From positions 2,496,001 to 2,560,000 of the forward strand of contig CAXXTU010000002.1 of assembly GCA_963662655.2 (NCBI GenBank): DNA of 64,000 nucleotides, read 5' to 3'. The notes beneath the pieces were generated by a model, which did no database searches, was not told the DNA's origin, and was given only the letters and a program-made list of their open reading frames with translations. Of the stretch, positions 49,158 to 58,728 are shown piece after piece. Each line of letters opens with the position of its first letter. Positions within the stretch are counted from its first letter, which is position 1. Origin of the DNA: Candidatus Cloacimonadales bacterium. GTDB taxonomy: Bacteria > Cloacimonadota > Cloacimonadia > Cloacimonadales > JAIOQZ01. A program made the translations under genes and the position numbers.

Positions 49158-49667
49158 TCAGACATCGCCCCTGGCGAAATCCTGCGATAAATATTGTTTC
49201 AGTTTGCGCTTAGCTCTTATCAGCAAGGAATCTACCGCCGAAACCGTCGAATGCATGATCTCGGCAATTTCCTGATAACTTTTATTATCATAGTACTGCA
49301 AGTTAAGAGCCGACGCTTCACGTTCATTCAGTTTTCCTATAGCCTGTCTCACCTTTGCATTCTTCTCTTCCCGCATCCGCTTCTCTGGATCGAATACAAG
49401 ATCGCTCGACTCCAGAAGCTCAGGCATTTCCAATTCCGTATTCCGGCTTCTCTTCTTGATCAGATTGATCGCCTTGTTATGTGCTGTGCGATAGAGGTAC
49501 GATTCATAATATTCCTCATCCACTTTCGGCATTTTCTCGTAAAACGCGGAGAAAACCTCTTGCAAAAGGTCTTCCGCATCTTCGCGACTGCGAACCATCC
49601 GAAGCAGATAATTGAACAGCTTTTGGCTGCATGCTGAGACTACCGTCTCGAATCGATCTCTATTCAT
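49158..49667 (-). CDS. ECF RNA polymerase sigma factor
   Basis: DAEDLLQEVF, YLYRTAHN, SYQEIAEIM...V.S.L.RAK.KL. Confidence 0.92.
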   Translation of the reverse strand: MNRDRFETVVSACSQKLFNYLLRMVRSREDAEDLLQEVFSAFYEKMPKVDEEYYESYLYRTAHNKAINLIKKRSRNTELEMPELLESSDLVFDPEKRMREEKNAKVRQAIGKLNEREASALNLQYYDNKSYQEIAEIMHSTVSAVDSLLIRAKRKLKQYLSQDFARGDV

Positions 49668-49816
49668 GAACACTCCGCAAACAAATACATCCCATAATCG
49701 TAAAACCTGCAATTATTTTCTTCCGATAAGTGAAATAAAACGCGAAGCTTTCTCTTTTGATTGCGTCGTCTGTCATGCACATACTTTTCGAGGTGGATAA
49801 ATTCAAGCTCTATCAA

Positions 49817-49955
49817 ACGGCTCAGCGGCGCGGCGGCGTGTGTGCTCCGCACACAGCACGTCATGGAGGTTTTTTTACTGAAAAACTCCATGACGTGCCG
49901 GGAAAGCCCAAAAAGTTGTTTTGGCTTTCCCACGCCGCCGCGGCGCGGGAACCGC
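49817..49955. repeat. Structured intergenic element, copy 2 (four-way junction)
   Basis: 14/15-bp closing stem enclosing three abutting hairpins; shares ACGRCTCAGCGGC, GGCGGCGTGTGYGCTCCGCRCAC and ACGCCGCC..GCGGGAA with the reverse complement of copy 1. Confidence 0.8.
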
Positions 49956-50048
49956 GCCCCTCTCTCCCACCTACTGGCACACAAAACCGGAAATGATTGA
50001 CATTCACAGAAACATCCTGCAAAGTGTGAAATCACGTTTGGAGGCTAG

Positions 50049-52319
50049 ATGAAGACAGATAGGAAGAAGCATCCATCATTGTTCGACGACTTCAAGGATC
50101 ACATGAACAAGGCATTCGGAGCGATCCACAACTGCGATCTCGACACCGGCGAGACCGAGCTGGAAAAAATGCAGGCAATCGTCGAGAAGTCCAGCCATCC
50201 GGATGATCATGGCTTGCTGTGCATTGCGAAATTCAAGCTGGAAGACGGCAAACGTAGATTCGACAAAGCGATCGAGTGGCTCGAGAAAGCCCGTGAGTTT
50301 TTCAATCAATCAGGCAGCATCAATCGGCTGATGATCGTATACTTCGAAGCTGCCAGCGCTTATTTCCGACAAGGAGAATACAAGCTCGCCATCGAGAATT
50401 TCAATCTCGCAATCGATTGCGCGGACAAGACAAATGACATCGAAAACAAGGCGAACATCATGAATAATCTCGGCGAGTGCTACATCTTCATGAATCAGAA
50501 CTTGCTGGCGCTCGACTACACGATGAAAGCCCTGGCGATTCGCGAAGAATTGAAGCAGAAGCAGAAGATTGGTCTTTCACTCACAAACGTGACCCGAATC
50601 TACAACAACCTGGCTGAATACGATAAAAGTCTCGAATACGGACTGAAAGCGCTGGAAATTTTGAAGAACTCTCCGGGACTTGCCGTCTATGCGAACGCCC
50701 TGAATACCGTAGGCATAACATATTATTGTCTGGAAAACTACGATCAAGCACTCGAGTACCTGTACCAGTCTCTTGAGCTCAAAGAGAAACAGAGGAATCC
50801 CATAAGGATTTCCAATACCCTAAACAGCATCGCCAATGTATATATGAAACAAGGACAACTCGAAGAAGCAAAGAAGCTTCATACGGAAGCGCTCAAGATC
50901 AGACAGGCAAACAACGCACTTGAATTGATAAGTCGATCCAAGCTGCGCTTAGCCGATATTGCATATAGAATGGGAGATACGAACCAAGCGGAAAAGCTGT
51001 GCCTTGAAGCGGCCTCCCACCTGAAAGAAAACAACCAGCTTCTCCTGGAATTATACGACCTCCTTGCCTCCATTTACCAAGCCACTGAGGCCTACCCAAA
51101 GGCCTGCCATTATCACAACGAGTACCGGAAACTATTCAAGACGGTGGCCGAACAAACCAACGATCATCGTCTTGCCGAGATGCGGACCAGATTTAAGCTG
51201 GAGCAAAAAGATCGCGAGACGGAACTCCTCATTGAAAAGAACCATGAGCTGGAAGAGAAAAACAAAATGATCCTGAGCCAGAAGGAGCGACTCGACGAAA
51301 CGCTTGACGAACTCAGGAGAAGCGAGCGAAATCTCGATTTCCTCACCGAGGAGATCAAAAGCAGCTTCGAGACGCGCATCATCGGCAGAAGCGAGGCGAT
51401 GCAGAATATCCTGCGCCTGATGTCGAAGGTTGCCCAGGCGGATGACACGTCCGTCTTGATCATGGGAGAAAGCGGTACCGGGAAAGAACTCGTGGCCCGT
51501 GGAATCCACGAGATGAGCCGGCGGAAAAGTAAGTATTTCCATGCGATCAACTCCTCGGCCATCTCGTCGAGCTTGTTCGAGAGCGAATTCTTCGGCTACG
51601 AAAAAGGCGCGTTTACCGGCGCGCTGGATCGAAAGGCTGGCTGGTTCGAAGTTACCGACGGAGGAACCTTGTTCCTCGACGAGATCGGCAACATGCCCCT
51701 GGATCACCAGATTAAACTACTGCGCGTCCTGGAAGAAAGAAACATCATTCGAGTCGGAGCCAGACATGAAATCCCGGTGAACGTCCGCGTGATCTCGGCC
51801 ACAAACCTGAACCTTCTCGATCTCGTCGACAACAAGACATTCCGGGAAGACCTCTATCACCGCCTAGCTGCGTTCGTCATCAATATTCCGCCGCTCCGTG
51901 AGCGAAGCGAGGATATCCAACCGCTCGTCGAACACTTCGTGAACCTCTACACCACGCGAATGAACAAACCCATACGCCGCATCGACCCCGGTATCTACAA
52001 CGCACTTTCATGCTACGCTTTCCCGGGGAATATCCGGGAACTGCGCAACATGGTGGAGCGTGCGCTGATCATCTGCGACAGCTCGACGCTGCAATTCAAA
52101 CACTTCAGCATCCCGGCGAACGGAAAGCAAAAATCCCCGGATATCCCCGACGATATCATCCCGATCGATACGCTGGAAAGAACCATGCTCCTGCGAGCCC
52201 TTCGCAGAACAGGCAACAACCAGACCCAGGCAGCGAAATTGCTCGGGCTTTCCCAGAAAGCCGTCGAACGCCGCATCAACAAATTCGATTTACGCAAGGA
52301 GCTTGAACCCAGTCAATAG
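50049..52319 (+). CDS. Sigma-54 enhancer-binding protein with N-terminal TPR repeats
   Basis: TPR repeats (NNLG..Y, LNTVG..Y); GESGTGKE, GAFTGA, LFLDEIG, FREDLYHRL, FPGNIREL; Fis-type HTH NQTQAAKLLG. Confidence 0.95.
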   Translation: MKTDRKKHPSLFDDFKDHMNKAFGAIHNCDLDTGETELEKMQAIVEKSSHPDDHGLLCIAKFKLEDGKRRFDKAIEWLEKAREFFNQSGSINRLMIVYFEAASAYFRQGEYKLAIENFNLAIDCADKTNDIENKANIMNNLGECYIFMNQNLLALDYTMKALAIREELKQKQKIGLSLTNVTRIYNNLAEYDKSLEYGLKALEILKNSPGLAVYANALNTVGITYYCLENYDQALEYLYQSLELKEKQRNPIRISNTLNSIANVYMKQGQLEEAKKLHTEALKIRQANNALELISRSKLRLADIAYRMGDTNQAEKLCLEAASHLKENNQLLLELYDLLASIYQATEAYPKACHYHNEYRKLFKTVAEQTNDHRLAEMRTRFKLEQKDRETELLIEKNHELEEKNKMILSQKERLDETLDELRRSERNLDFLTEEIKSSFETRIIGRSEAMQNILRLMSKVAQADDTSVLIMGESGTGKELVARGIHEMSRRKSKYFHAINSSAISSSLFESEFFGYEKGAFTGALDRKAGWFEVTDGGTLFLDEIGNMPLDHQIKLLRVLEERNIIRVGARHEIPVNVRVISATNLNLLDLVDNKTFREDLYHRLAAFVINIPPLRERSEDIQPLVEHFVNLYTTRMNKPIRRIDPGIYNALSCYAFPGNIRELRNMVERALIICDSSTLQFKHFSIPANGKQKSPDIPDDIIPIDTLERTMLLRALRRTGNNQTQAAKLLGLSQKAVERRINKFDLRKELEPSQ

Positions 52320-52441
52320 ACGAAAACGTCTCCGCTAGACGATATCGTCTATGATGGCCAAATCACCCGAAAAACGGATCACGCAGCGTTTTTGTTCTTT
52401 TTTTTATCAGATCACACGGGCACACTAGACGATTCCGTCTA
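52317..52441. promoter_or_regulatory. Three palindromic enhancer-like sites TAGACG-N4-CGTCT(A/C)
   Basis: 52317-52332 TAGACGAAAACGTCTC; 52336-52351 TAGACGATATCGTCTA; 52426-52441 TAGACGATTCCGTCTA. Confidence 0.8.
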
Positions 52442-52514
52442 TACATTTGAATGAAAAATTTTACAATCAAAGTCAGCAACAGCATAACCTATTGTATTAT
52501 ATAAATTAAGCACT

Positions 52515-52531
52515 TTGGCATCCATTATGCA
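52515..52531 (+). promoter_or_regulatory. Sigma-54 -24/-12 promoter
   Basis: TTGGCATCCATTATGCA = GG-N10-GC. Confidence 0.8.
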
Positions 52532-52554
52532 ATCCTGCTATAGAAAAAGGAAGC

Positions 52555-52896
52555 GTGATGAATATTTTACTCGTCAATCAAGAACATCTTCAAGCTGAAG
52601 ATTTGCAAAGAATTCAGAGGAGCCTTGATACAAGCTTGTTTTTTGCAGTAACTTATAATGACGCGTTGCGGATATTCAAAAGGAATCACATGGATTATGT
52701 AATCCTGGATTACTCACGGGATCGAAAAGAACCATTCGTTCACTTCATGCAGGAGAACCCAACAAAAACGCGAGTCATCCTCACCGGCGACAACCCGGAC
52801 ATGGACACGGGGAATCTTTGCCACCGGTTCGAAGGTCATCCCAATGTCGATGAACTGATCAACGTACTTAAATCGTATCCTGACTTCTCGATATAA
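52555..52896 (+). CDS. Degenerate single-domain receiver-like protein
   Basis: NILLV..., YVILD, VILTG; lacks the acidic pair and the conserved KP lysine. Confidence 0.6.
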   Translation: MMNILLVNQEHLQAEDLQRIQRSLDTSLFFAVTYNDALRIFKRNHMDYVILDYSRDRKEPFVHFMQENPTKTRVILTGDNPDMDTGNLCHRFEGHPNVDELINVLKSYPDFSI

Positions 52897-52931
52897 GAAG
52901 CATTATAATCTATAAAAAAGGAGCAGTTGCT

Positions 52932-55900
52932 ATGAAAATCATGATCGCTTTACTTATGTTGGTATTCACAACTATGCTTGCAGCCCAAGCAGTAACATTG
53001 CCTTACGAGCAAAACTTCGATGCTTCGTCGAACCTGCCGGAAGACTGGACGATCTACATCAGCGACGGAACAAGCGCTTACGTTGCGCCCTATCCGGCAT
53101 ACTATCATTCCGAGCCATACTGTCTTTACTTCTGGAACAGTGATGTACCATTGGACAACAGCCACATCATCGCAGCGGGACCGTATATCAGCTCGTCGGA
53201 TTTCAACAACCGCGCCATATCGTTCTGGGCCCTGGGATATTCGGAATACGATATGCCCAGCGTGCGAGTCGGCTTCCTTGAGACTGACGGCGACCCAACC
53301 TCATTCACAGAGTTCAACTCGTATACGTTGTCGGAACACATGTCATTTTACACGGTCAATCTCGACTGGGTTCGCACCGATTACCAGATCGCCTTCCAGT
53401 TCGTGCCTAACGATGGAACGCAGGGTATGTCGCTCGACGATGTTTACATCGGAGATAGCGGCGGGGACGTCGGAACAGAACTACCTTACTTCCAGAATTT
53501 CGACGACTCGGAAGACTGGCCGGAAGACTGGCAACCTTATGTCTCCGATGAATCGAACGAATATATCAACCTTTATGGCTATTATTCTCATTCCGATCCA
53601 TGGTGCGTCTATTACTGGAAAGCAAACGAACCTCAGTCCGGCGATTACATGTTTGTCGGCGGCCCCATTTTGGATACCGATCAACTTGATGGGAATCTTA
53701 TCTCTTTCTGGGCATCGTGCTATACAAACTCAACCTATCCATCGATCAGTGTCGGGCATTTCGACAGTCCGGGGAACCCTGAGAGCTTCTATGAAATGGA
53801 ATCATTCGAACTGACTGAAGACATGCAGAAATTCGATATAGAATTCTATCCTGTTCGTTCGATCTTCCAGCTAGCATTCCGATTCAATGCAACAGACGCG
53901 GAGCAGGGGCTGGCGCTGGACGATGTCTATATCGGCGAGCCTGGCGGTGATATCCAGGTTGTCGAGCTTCCGTACATGGAAGACTTTGATGAAGCCTATT
54001 ACGACGAATTGCCCGATCCATGGTTCGCCATCGTGAATTCAACGAGCGAATACACCGACGTGAATATCGGAGAATCTTACGGGGTCAATGAATCGAATTG
54101 CATGTACCTGTACAATAGCTCCGATGCTTCCGAGAACCTTGAACTGATTGCGGTTGGACCCGCTGTATCCGATACGCTTCTCAACAACAACACCATAATC
54201 AGCTTTCAGTCAATGGCATATACGGATGATACCCCGGCTCAGCTCTCGGTGGGATGCTTGGCGGATCCATCGAATGCCGAGTCGTTCCAGTGCTTCGACA
54301 CAATCACGCTTACAAGCGACTTCACCGAGTACACGGTCGATATGAATATCGTGATACGTGGAGGAGTCTATGTGGCATTCAAGCATGAGGGAACAGGCAT
54401 TTACCAGGAAGTCTACGTCGATGATGTGATGATCTACGCGGGGGAGTCGGAGCCGGAAACCGGCGATCTTCCCTTCCAGGAATCTTTCAGCATCTTCGGA
54501 TTCCCGCCAGCGGGATGGTCGCGGGAGACCGTTTCTTACGGCAGCGGAAACGGATATAATCCCGAGTGGTCGGCCGTAATCCAGAACACCTATCCGAACT
54601 GCGTTCCCTACGAAGGCGACGCCATGGGCATTTACAACGGTTCTGCCAAGGCTGGCGGACAACAGCGATTGATCACGCCCGGACTGGATGTGAGCTCCTA
54701 TAACGCGCTCCGTCTCGAGTTCTGGGTCTTGCACAGCGCCGACTACAGCATGCCGCCTTTTGACCTGGAGGGAATTCAGATTCAGATGACGACGGATGGC
54801 TCAATCTGGGAGAATACCGGCAGCTTCATCAAGCGGAGCGATCCGATGGCGCCAGCGCCCTACTGGAAAAAGCACGTCATCGATCTCTCGGAACTGGCTG
54901 GGAATTCTTATATGAAGATCGCGATGCTCGCCACTTCGATGTTTAGCGGCTATAGCACTCTCGTGGACGATTTCCGGATTCTCGAATCCACACCGCAGAG
55001 CGATCAAATTTATATCTCCGAAATCTCGGACAACCAAATGGGTCAGGCGGACAACACCGGATTCATCGAGCTTTACAACAACGCTTCGTACGATATAGAC
55101 CTGAGCGGTTTGAAGATTCGCACCGGGTATGCCGACGCTTACGGCCAGAATTTTGCCCCGGACGAGCCGGAAGTATCTTATACAATACCCGACGGTACGG
55201 TTATCAGTGGCGGAGGTATCGTCGTAATCGGCTGCGGAGCCTCCGAGGGCGATTTCATCAACGCGTGGGGAATCGCCTCGGTGGAGAATTACCTGCCGGG
55301 AAGCGCTTCGTTCCCCATCACCAATTACTGCGCTTACGAACTCTATATTCCCGATACGAGAGCGGAAGCGCTCGATGCCTCCCCGGTTATCGGCAACGGA
55401 GAGGACATGGTGCAGACCTCGAACAACAACTGGGCAACCGGATCCCCTTCAACTGCAACCCCCAATTCTCTCGATTCGGGCCAAACGCTGCCGGTTGAAT
55501 TCACTTCGTTTTATGCTTCCATCGTGGACAATCATTCCGTGCTACTCACGTGGCAGACGGCTTCCGAATCAGACATCATGGGATATCAGGTTCTGCGAAA
55601 CACCTCGGACGACGAGGCTGGCGCACTCTACCTGACCCAAAGCATGATCCCGGGGCTCAATAATCCGAACGGAAACGAATATTATTACGAGGATGCCGAG
55701 ATAACCGACGCGGACAAGCTATTCTACTGGATTCTCAGCGTTGAAATGAATGGCGCCTCGAAAATGCATGGGCCGGTTTCGGTAAATATTGGTTCCTCCG
55801 AAGAAGAACCCGATGTACCGGAGGTTGTCCTCGTTTCTCGACTCAACGGTAATTTCCCCAATCCGTTCAATCCCACAACAACCATTTGCTTCGACCTCGC

Positions 55901-56123
55901 AGGCGAAGTCGGCGAGAAAATACCCGTCACGCTCGATATATACAACCTTCGCGGCCAGAAGGTCAAGACACTGATCGACGGACCCTATCCCTGTGGAAAG
56001 GGCACAAAAGTCCTTTGGGATGGGCTTGACGACCGTGGGAAATCCGTTTCCAGCGGCGTTTATTTCTATCGTTTGGCAACTCCGACAAACACGTTCAACG
56101 CCAAGGCGTTATTGCTGAAATAG
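52932..56123 (+). CDS. Secreted protein with four jelly-roll (cleaved-adhesin-like) repeats, a lamin-tail-like domain and a FlgD-Ig C-terminal domain
   Basis: LP(Y/F).(Q/E).F...DDV repeats; IYISEI..FIELYN; LPVEFTSF; NFPNPFNP...LLLK. Confidence 0.82.
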   Translation: MKIMIALLMLVFTTMLAAQAVTLPYEQNFDASSNLPEDWTIYISDGTSAYVAPYPAYYHSEPYCLYFWNSDVPLDNSHIIAAGPYISSSDFNNRAISFWALGYSEYDMPSVRVGFLETDGDPTSFTEFNSYTLSEHMSFYTVNLDWVRTDYQIAFQFVPNDGTQGMSLDDVYIGDSGGDVGTELPYFQNFDDSEDWPEDWQPYVSDESNEYINLYGYYSHSDPWCVYYWKANEPQSGDYMFVGGPILDTDQLDGNLISFWASCYTNSTYPSISVGHFDSPGNPESFYEMESFELTEDMQKFDIEFYPVRSIFQLAFRFNATDAEQGLALDDVYIGEPGGDIQVVELPYMEDFDEAYYDELPDPWFAIVNSTSEYTDVNIGESYGVNESNCMYLYNSSDASENLELIAVGPAVSDTLLNNNTIISFQSMAYTDDTPAQLSVGCLADPSNAESFQCFDTITLTSDFTEYTVDMNIVIRGGVYVAFKHEGTGIYQEVYVDDVMIYAGESEPETGDLPFQESFSIFGFPPAGWSRETVSYGSGNGYNPEWSAVIQNTYPNCVPYEGDAMGIYNGSAKAGGQQRLITPGLDVSSYNALRLEFWVLHSADYSMPPFDLEGIQIQMTTDGSIWENTGSFIKRSDPMAPAPYWKKHVIDLSELAGNSYMKIAMLATSMFSGYSTLVDDFRILESTPQSDQIYISEISDNQMGQADNTGFIELYNNASYDIDLSGLKIRTGYADAYGQNFAPDEPEVSYTIPDGTVISGGGIVVIGCGASEGDFINAWGIASVENYLPGSASFPITNYCAYELYIPDTRAEALDASPVIGNGEDMVQTSNNNWATGSPSTATPNSLDSGQTLPVEFTSFYASIVDNHSVLLTWQTASESDIMGYQVLRNTSDDEAGALYLTQSMIPGLNNPNGNEYYYEDAEITDADKLFYWILSVEMNGASKMHGPVSVNIGSSEEEPDVPEVVLVSRLNGNFPNPFNPTTTICFDLAGEVGEKIPVTLDIYNLRGQKVKTLIDGPYPCGKGTKVLWDGLDDRGKSVSSGVYFYRLATPTNTFNAKALLLK

Positions 56124-56146
56124 ACGTTCCATTGCATCTGACATGG

Positions 56147-56176
56147 AAGGGGCGACCAATAGCGTTGCCCCTTTTT
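56147..56176 (+). terminator. Intrinsic terminator
   Basis: AAGGGGCGAC..GTTGCCCCTT followed by TTT. Confidence 0.75.
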
Positions 56177-56263
56177 CGTTGATTCTTGCGCATTTTTTAT
56201 TGTATTGACTCGAAACTCATGTAAATTATACTATAGCATACTCTAACACAAGGATGATCTAAG

Positions 56264-56509
56264 ATGAAACTTATCGCTTTGCTAAAGGTAGTGAATATCA
56301 TATTAATTTTTTCTTTCATTGTAACAATGGCAACCATCTTATTGTATCGTTTTATTCCTTCGCCGCTACAAGGATCTGAAATCCTTTTTCATCTTCACTC
56401 GATCAGCGGACTCGTCTTTGGCACATCTGCAATCGTTCATATCGTGTTGAACTGGAAATGGTTCAAATCCAGCTATCTTAAACCCAAAATCAAAAAGGAG
56501 AGACCATGA
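56264..56509 (+). CDS. DUF4405-like small membrane protein
   Basis: Two TM helices; LH..SG...IVHIVLNWKW. Confidence 0.75.
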   Translation: MKLIALLKVVNIILIFSFIVTMATILLYRFIPSPLQGSEILFHLHSISGLVFGTSAIVHIVLNWKWFKSSYLKPKIKKERP

Positions 56510-56850
56510 GAAACCATGCCATATTACTGATCCTTTCGATTTTCCTTTTCAGCGCCGCGCTCCAGGCACATCCGGCGTCCGAAGTCAAAGCGAACTACGA
56601 CAAAGAAACCATGATACTGACCGTTCAGTACGAACACTCGGTATCGGATTCCTCCAAGCACTTCATCGATGACATCGATATCACCCTCGATAAAAAAGAA
56701 CTCGTAGTGCAGAAACTATCAAGCCAGGATTCTGCCGAAGGCGGCGAAGCGATCTATAAAATCCGCGACCTGAAACCGGGCGACGTTATTCTGATAACCA
56801 CAAGCTGTAATCGATTCGGGAAGAAATCACTGAAATACACCGTTGAATAA
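56506..56850 (+). CDS. Secreted small protein with desulfoferrodoxin-like His/Cys pattern
   Basis: Signal peptide then HP; H......HFI..I; CNRFG. Confidence 0.6.
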   Translation: MRNHAILLILSIFLFSAALQAHPASEVKANYDKETMILTVQYEHSVSDSSKHFIDDIDITLDKKELVVQKLSSQDSAEGGEAIYKIRDLKPGDVILITTSCNRFGKKSLKYTVE

Positions 56851-56870
56851 CGAAGAGCAGAGTTGCGAAT

Positions 56871-58715
56871 ATGCTGACACGAAAAATCCTCTTCCTGATC
56901 ATTCCAATTTTCTTATTGTTCGCGGTCCTGGATTTTCTCGTAATCGATCTCATGGTCTCCAAAAAACTGGAACGACTCGAGACACAAGAAGCGATCGAAG
57001 ACAACCAGCGTGTTCAAGACGCGATTGAAAGAGAGTTGTACCACCTTCTGTCGCTGTGCGTGGACTGGTCTTCATGGGACGATACATACCAGTTCATGGT
57101 CGACAGAAATGCGCGTTATATCGATGCGAACCTCCTGATCGACACGTTCATGGACAACCATTTCAACATCATGCTCTTTATAAAGCCAGATGGAACTGTA
57201 TTCTGGAGAAGACTCTACAACCCTTCGGAGAAAGTAGAGATATCCATACCTGAATTCGAATTCGACCAATTCCCCGCGAATCACCCCATCATGTCGATCG
57301 ACGACAATGATCGCGGATCGGGGCTGTTTCATACGGACACCGGGCTCATCCTGGTCGTCCACGCCCCCATTCTCACCAGCGGAAGCGAAGGCCCTCTCCG
57401 GGGAACGCTGGTCCTCGGCAGGTATTTCGATCCGGAGTACCAGGAGATCATGGAGGCACAGACTCGGAGAAAGTTCGATGTAATAAAAGGGTCTTTCAAC
57501 GAAATAACAAAGCGTAAGAGAAAAGATTTATGCTTTGTAGGGGACAATTACCTTTTCGACAAATCGGACCACAATGTTTTATCTGTTTATAACCAACTCA
57601 CGACCATCGATGGTGTGAATTATCTCATCGAGTCACTCACGCCGCGAGATATCATTCAGGAAGGTAGAATCACCATCGTGATCTTATGGGTTTCTTTGAT
57701 GGCCGTTGGATTGCTCATCACCGTCGCCATGGTGTTCACTATAGAGTTTCTTGTAATCCAACCAATAAGACAGCTCAAAGAGTATGTTCTCGATGTCGGT
57801 CAGAACGACATACAGGGAACTCCGCTTTATCCGAAGCGACATGACGAGATCGGCTTTCTCGCGCAAGAGTTCGATAAAAACTACAAGCAGCTATTCGAAA
57901 CCCGATCGAGATTGCTGGAAAGCTCCTACAAATCAGGGCTCTCCGAGATGGCATCGAACTTCCTGCACAACCTTCGGAATTCCCTGACACCCTTGATGGG
58001 GGAAATCCAGGGAATCCGCATGGCATGCCGGAAAATCGATTTCAACAAGTATTCTAAAGCCCACAGGGAACTGAAGCTGGACAAAATGGACCCGGAAAGG
58101 CGCGAGCGAATCATGGAATACCTGACCCTGCTCGACAGCCATAACCTCGACTACCATGAAGAAATCCTTCAGCTCTTCAACTCCATGGACAACTATCGCA
58201 AGAATATCGAAGAGCTGATGGACACGCAATCCATCTGGACAAGCGCGAAGCCGGTCGTTGAAACGGTACGGCTTTCGGATATGGCAAAAGACATACACGA
58301 CTTCCTGTCTCCTAAAATCCGCAGCCGGATCAATCTCGCATTCCAGTTCAACCTCGAGGCAAATCAGATTGTTCGATCCTACCGCGTCAGCGTTCTGATG
58401 ATCATTTCTCGATTGCTCGAGTATATTGCCCAGTCTTGCGTAAAGGATGAGAAAATCAACATACAAATGTTAGTCGATCGCGCAGAGGTTAAAAACAAAC
58501 AGGTGCTTCAATTGAAAATCAGCATCCCGCCGGAATTGATCCCCGACGCGGAGTTCGCAAGCGTATTTGCATTTGACAAAAATCAAAACAAGAATCAAAT
58601 GCGAAGCGAGCTGCTTTGGTGCTCCAATACCGCCGCAGCCATCGGAGCGAAGTTATCCATTTCCAGAATGAGTGACAATAACTCCTATTTTCATATTCAA
58701 GTACCTCTAATGTAA
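56871..58715 (+). CDS. CHASE4-HAMP sensor with HisKA-like helix and degenerate ATPase domain
   Basis: DWSSWDDTYQF (CHASE4), two TM helices, DEIGFLA (HAMP), FLHNLRNSL. Confidence 0.85.
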   Translation: MLTRKILFLIIPIFLLFAVLDFLVIDLMVSKKLERLETQEAIEDNQRVQDAIERELYHLLSLCVDWSSWDDTYQFMVDRNARYIDANLLIDTFMDNHFNIMLFIKPDGTVFWRRLYNPSEKVEISIPEFEFDQFPANHPIMSIDDNDRGSGLFHTDTGLILVVHAPILTSGSEGPLRGTLVLGRYFDPEYQEIMEAQTRRKFDVIKGSFNEITKRKRKDLCFVGDNYLFDKSDHNVLSVYNQLTTIDGVNYLIESLTPRDIIQEGRITIVILWVSLMAVGLLITVAMVFTIEFLVIQPIRQLKEYVLDVGQNDIQGTPLYPKRHDEIGFLAQEFDKNYKQLFETRSRLLESSYKSGLSEMASNFLHNLRNSLTPLMGEIQGIRMACRKIDFNKYSKAHRELKLDKMDPERRERIMEYLTLLDSHNLDYHEEILQLFNSMDNYRKNIEELMDTQSIWTSAKPVVETVRLSDMAKDIHDFLSPKIRSRINLAFQFNLEANQIVRSYRVSVLMIISRLLEYIAQSCVKDEKINIQMLVDRAEVKNKQVLQLKISIPPELIPDAEFASVFAFDKNQNKNQMRSELLWCSNTAAAIGAKLSISRMSDNNSYFHIQVPLM

Positions 58716-58728
58716 TGGAAGGCTTTTA

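Noticed and set aside
47740..49667. ECF sigma, zf-HC2 anti-sigma and two Spy/CpxP-like genes as a novel system
   Set aside because: Common envelope/metal stress arrangement; listed as features only
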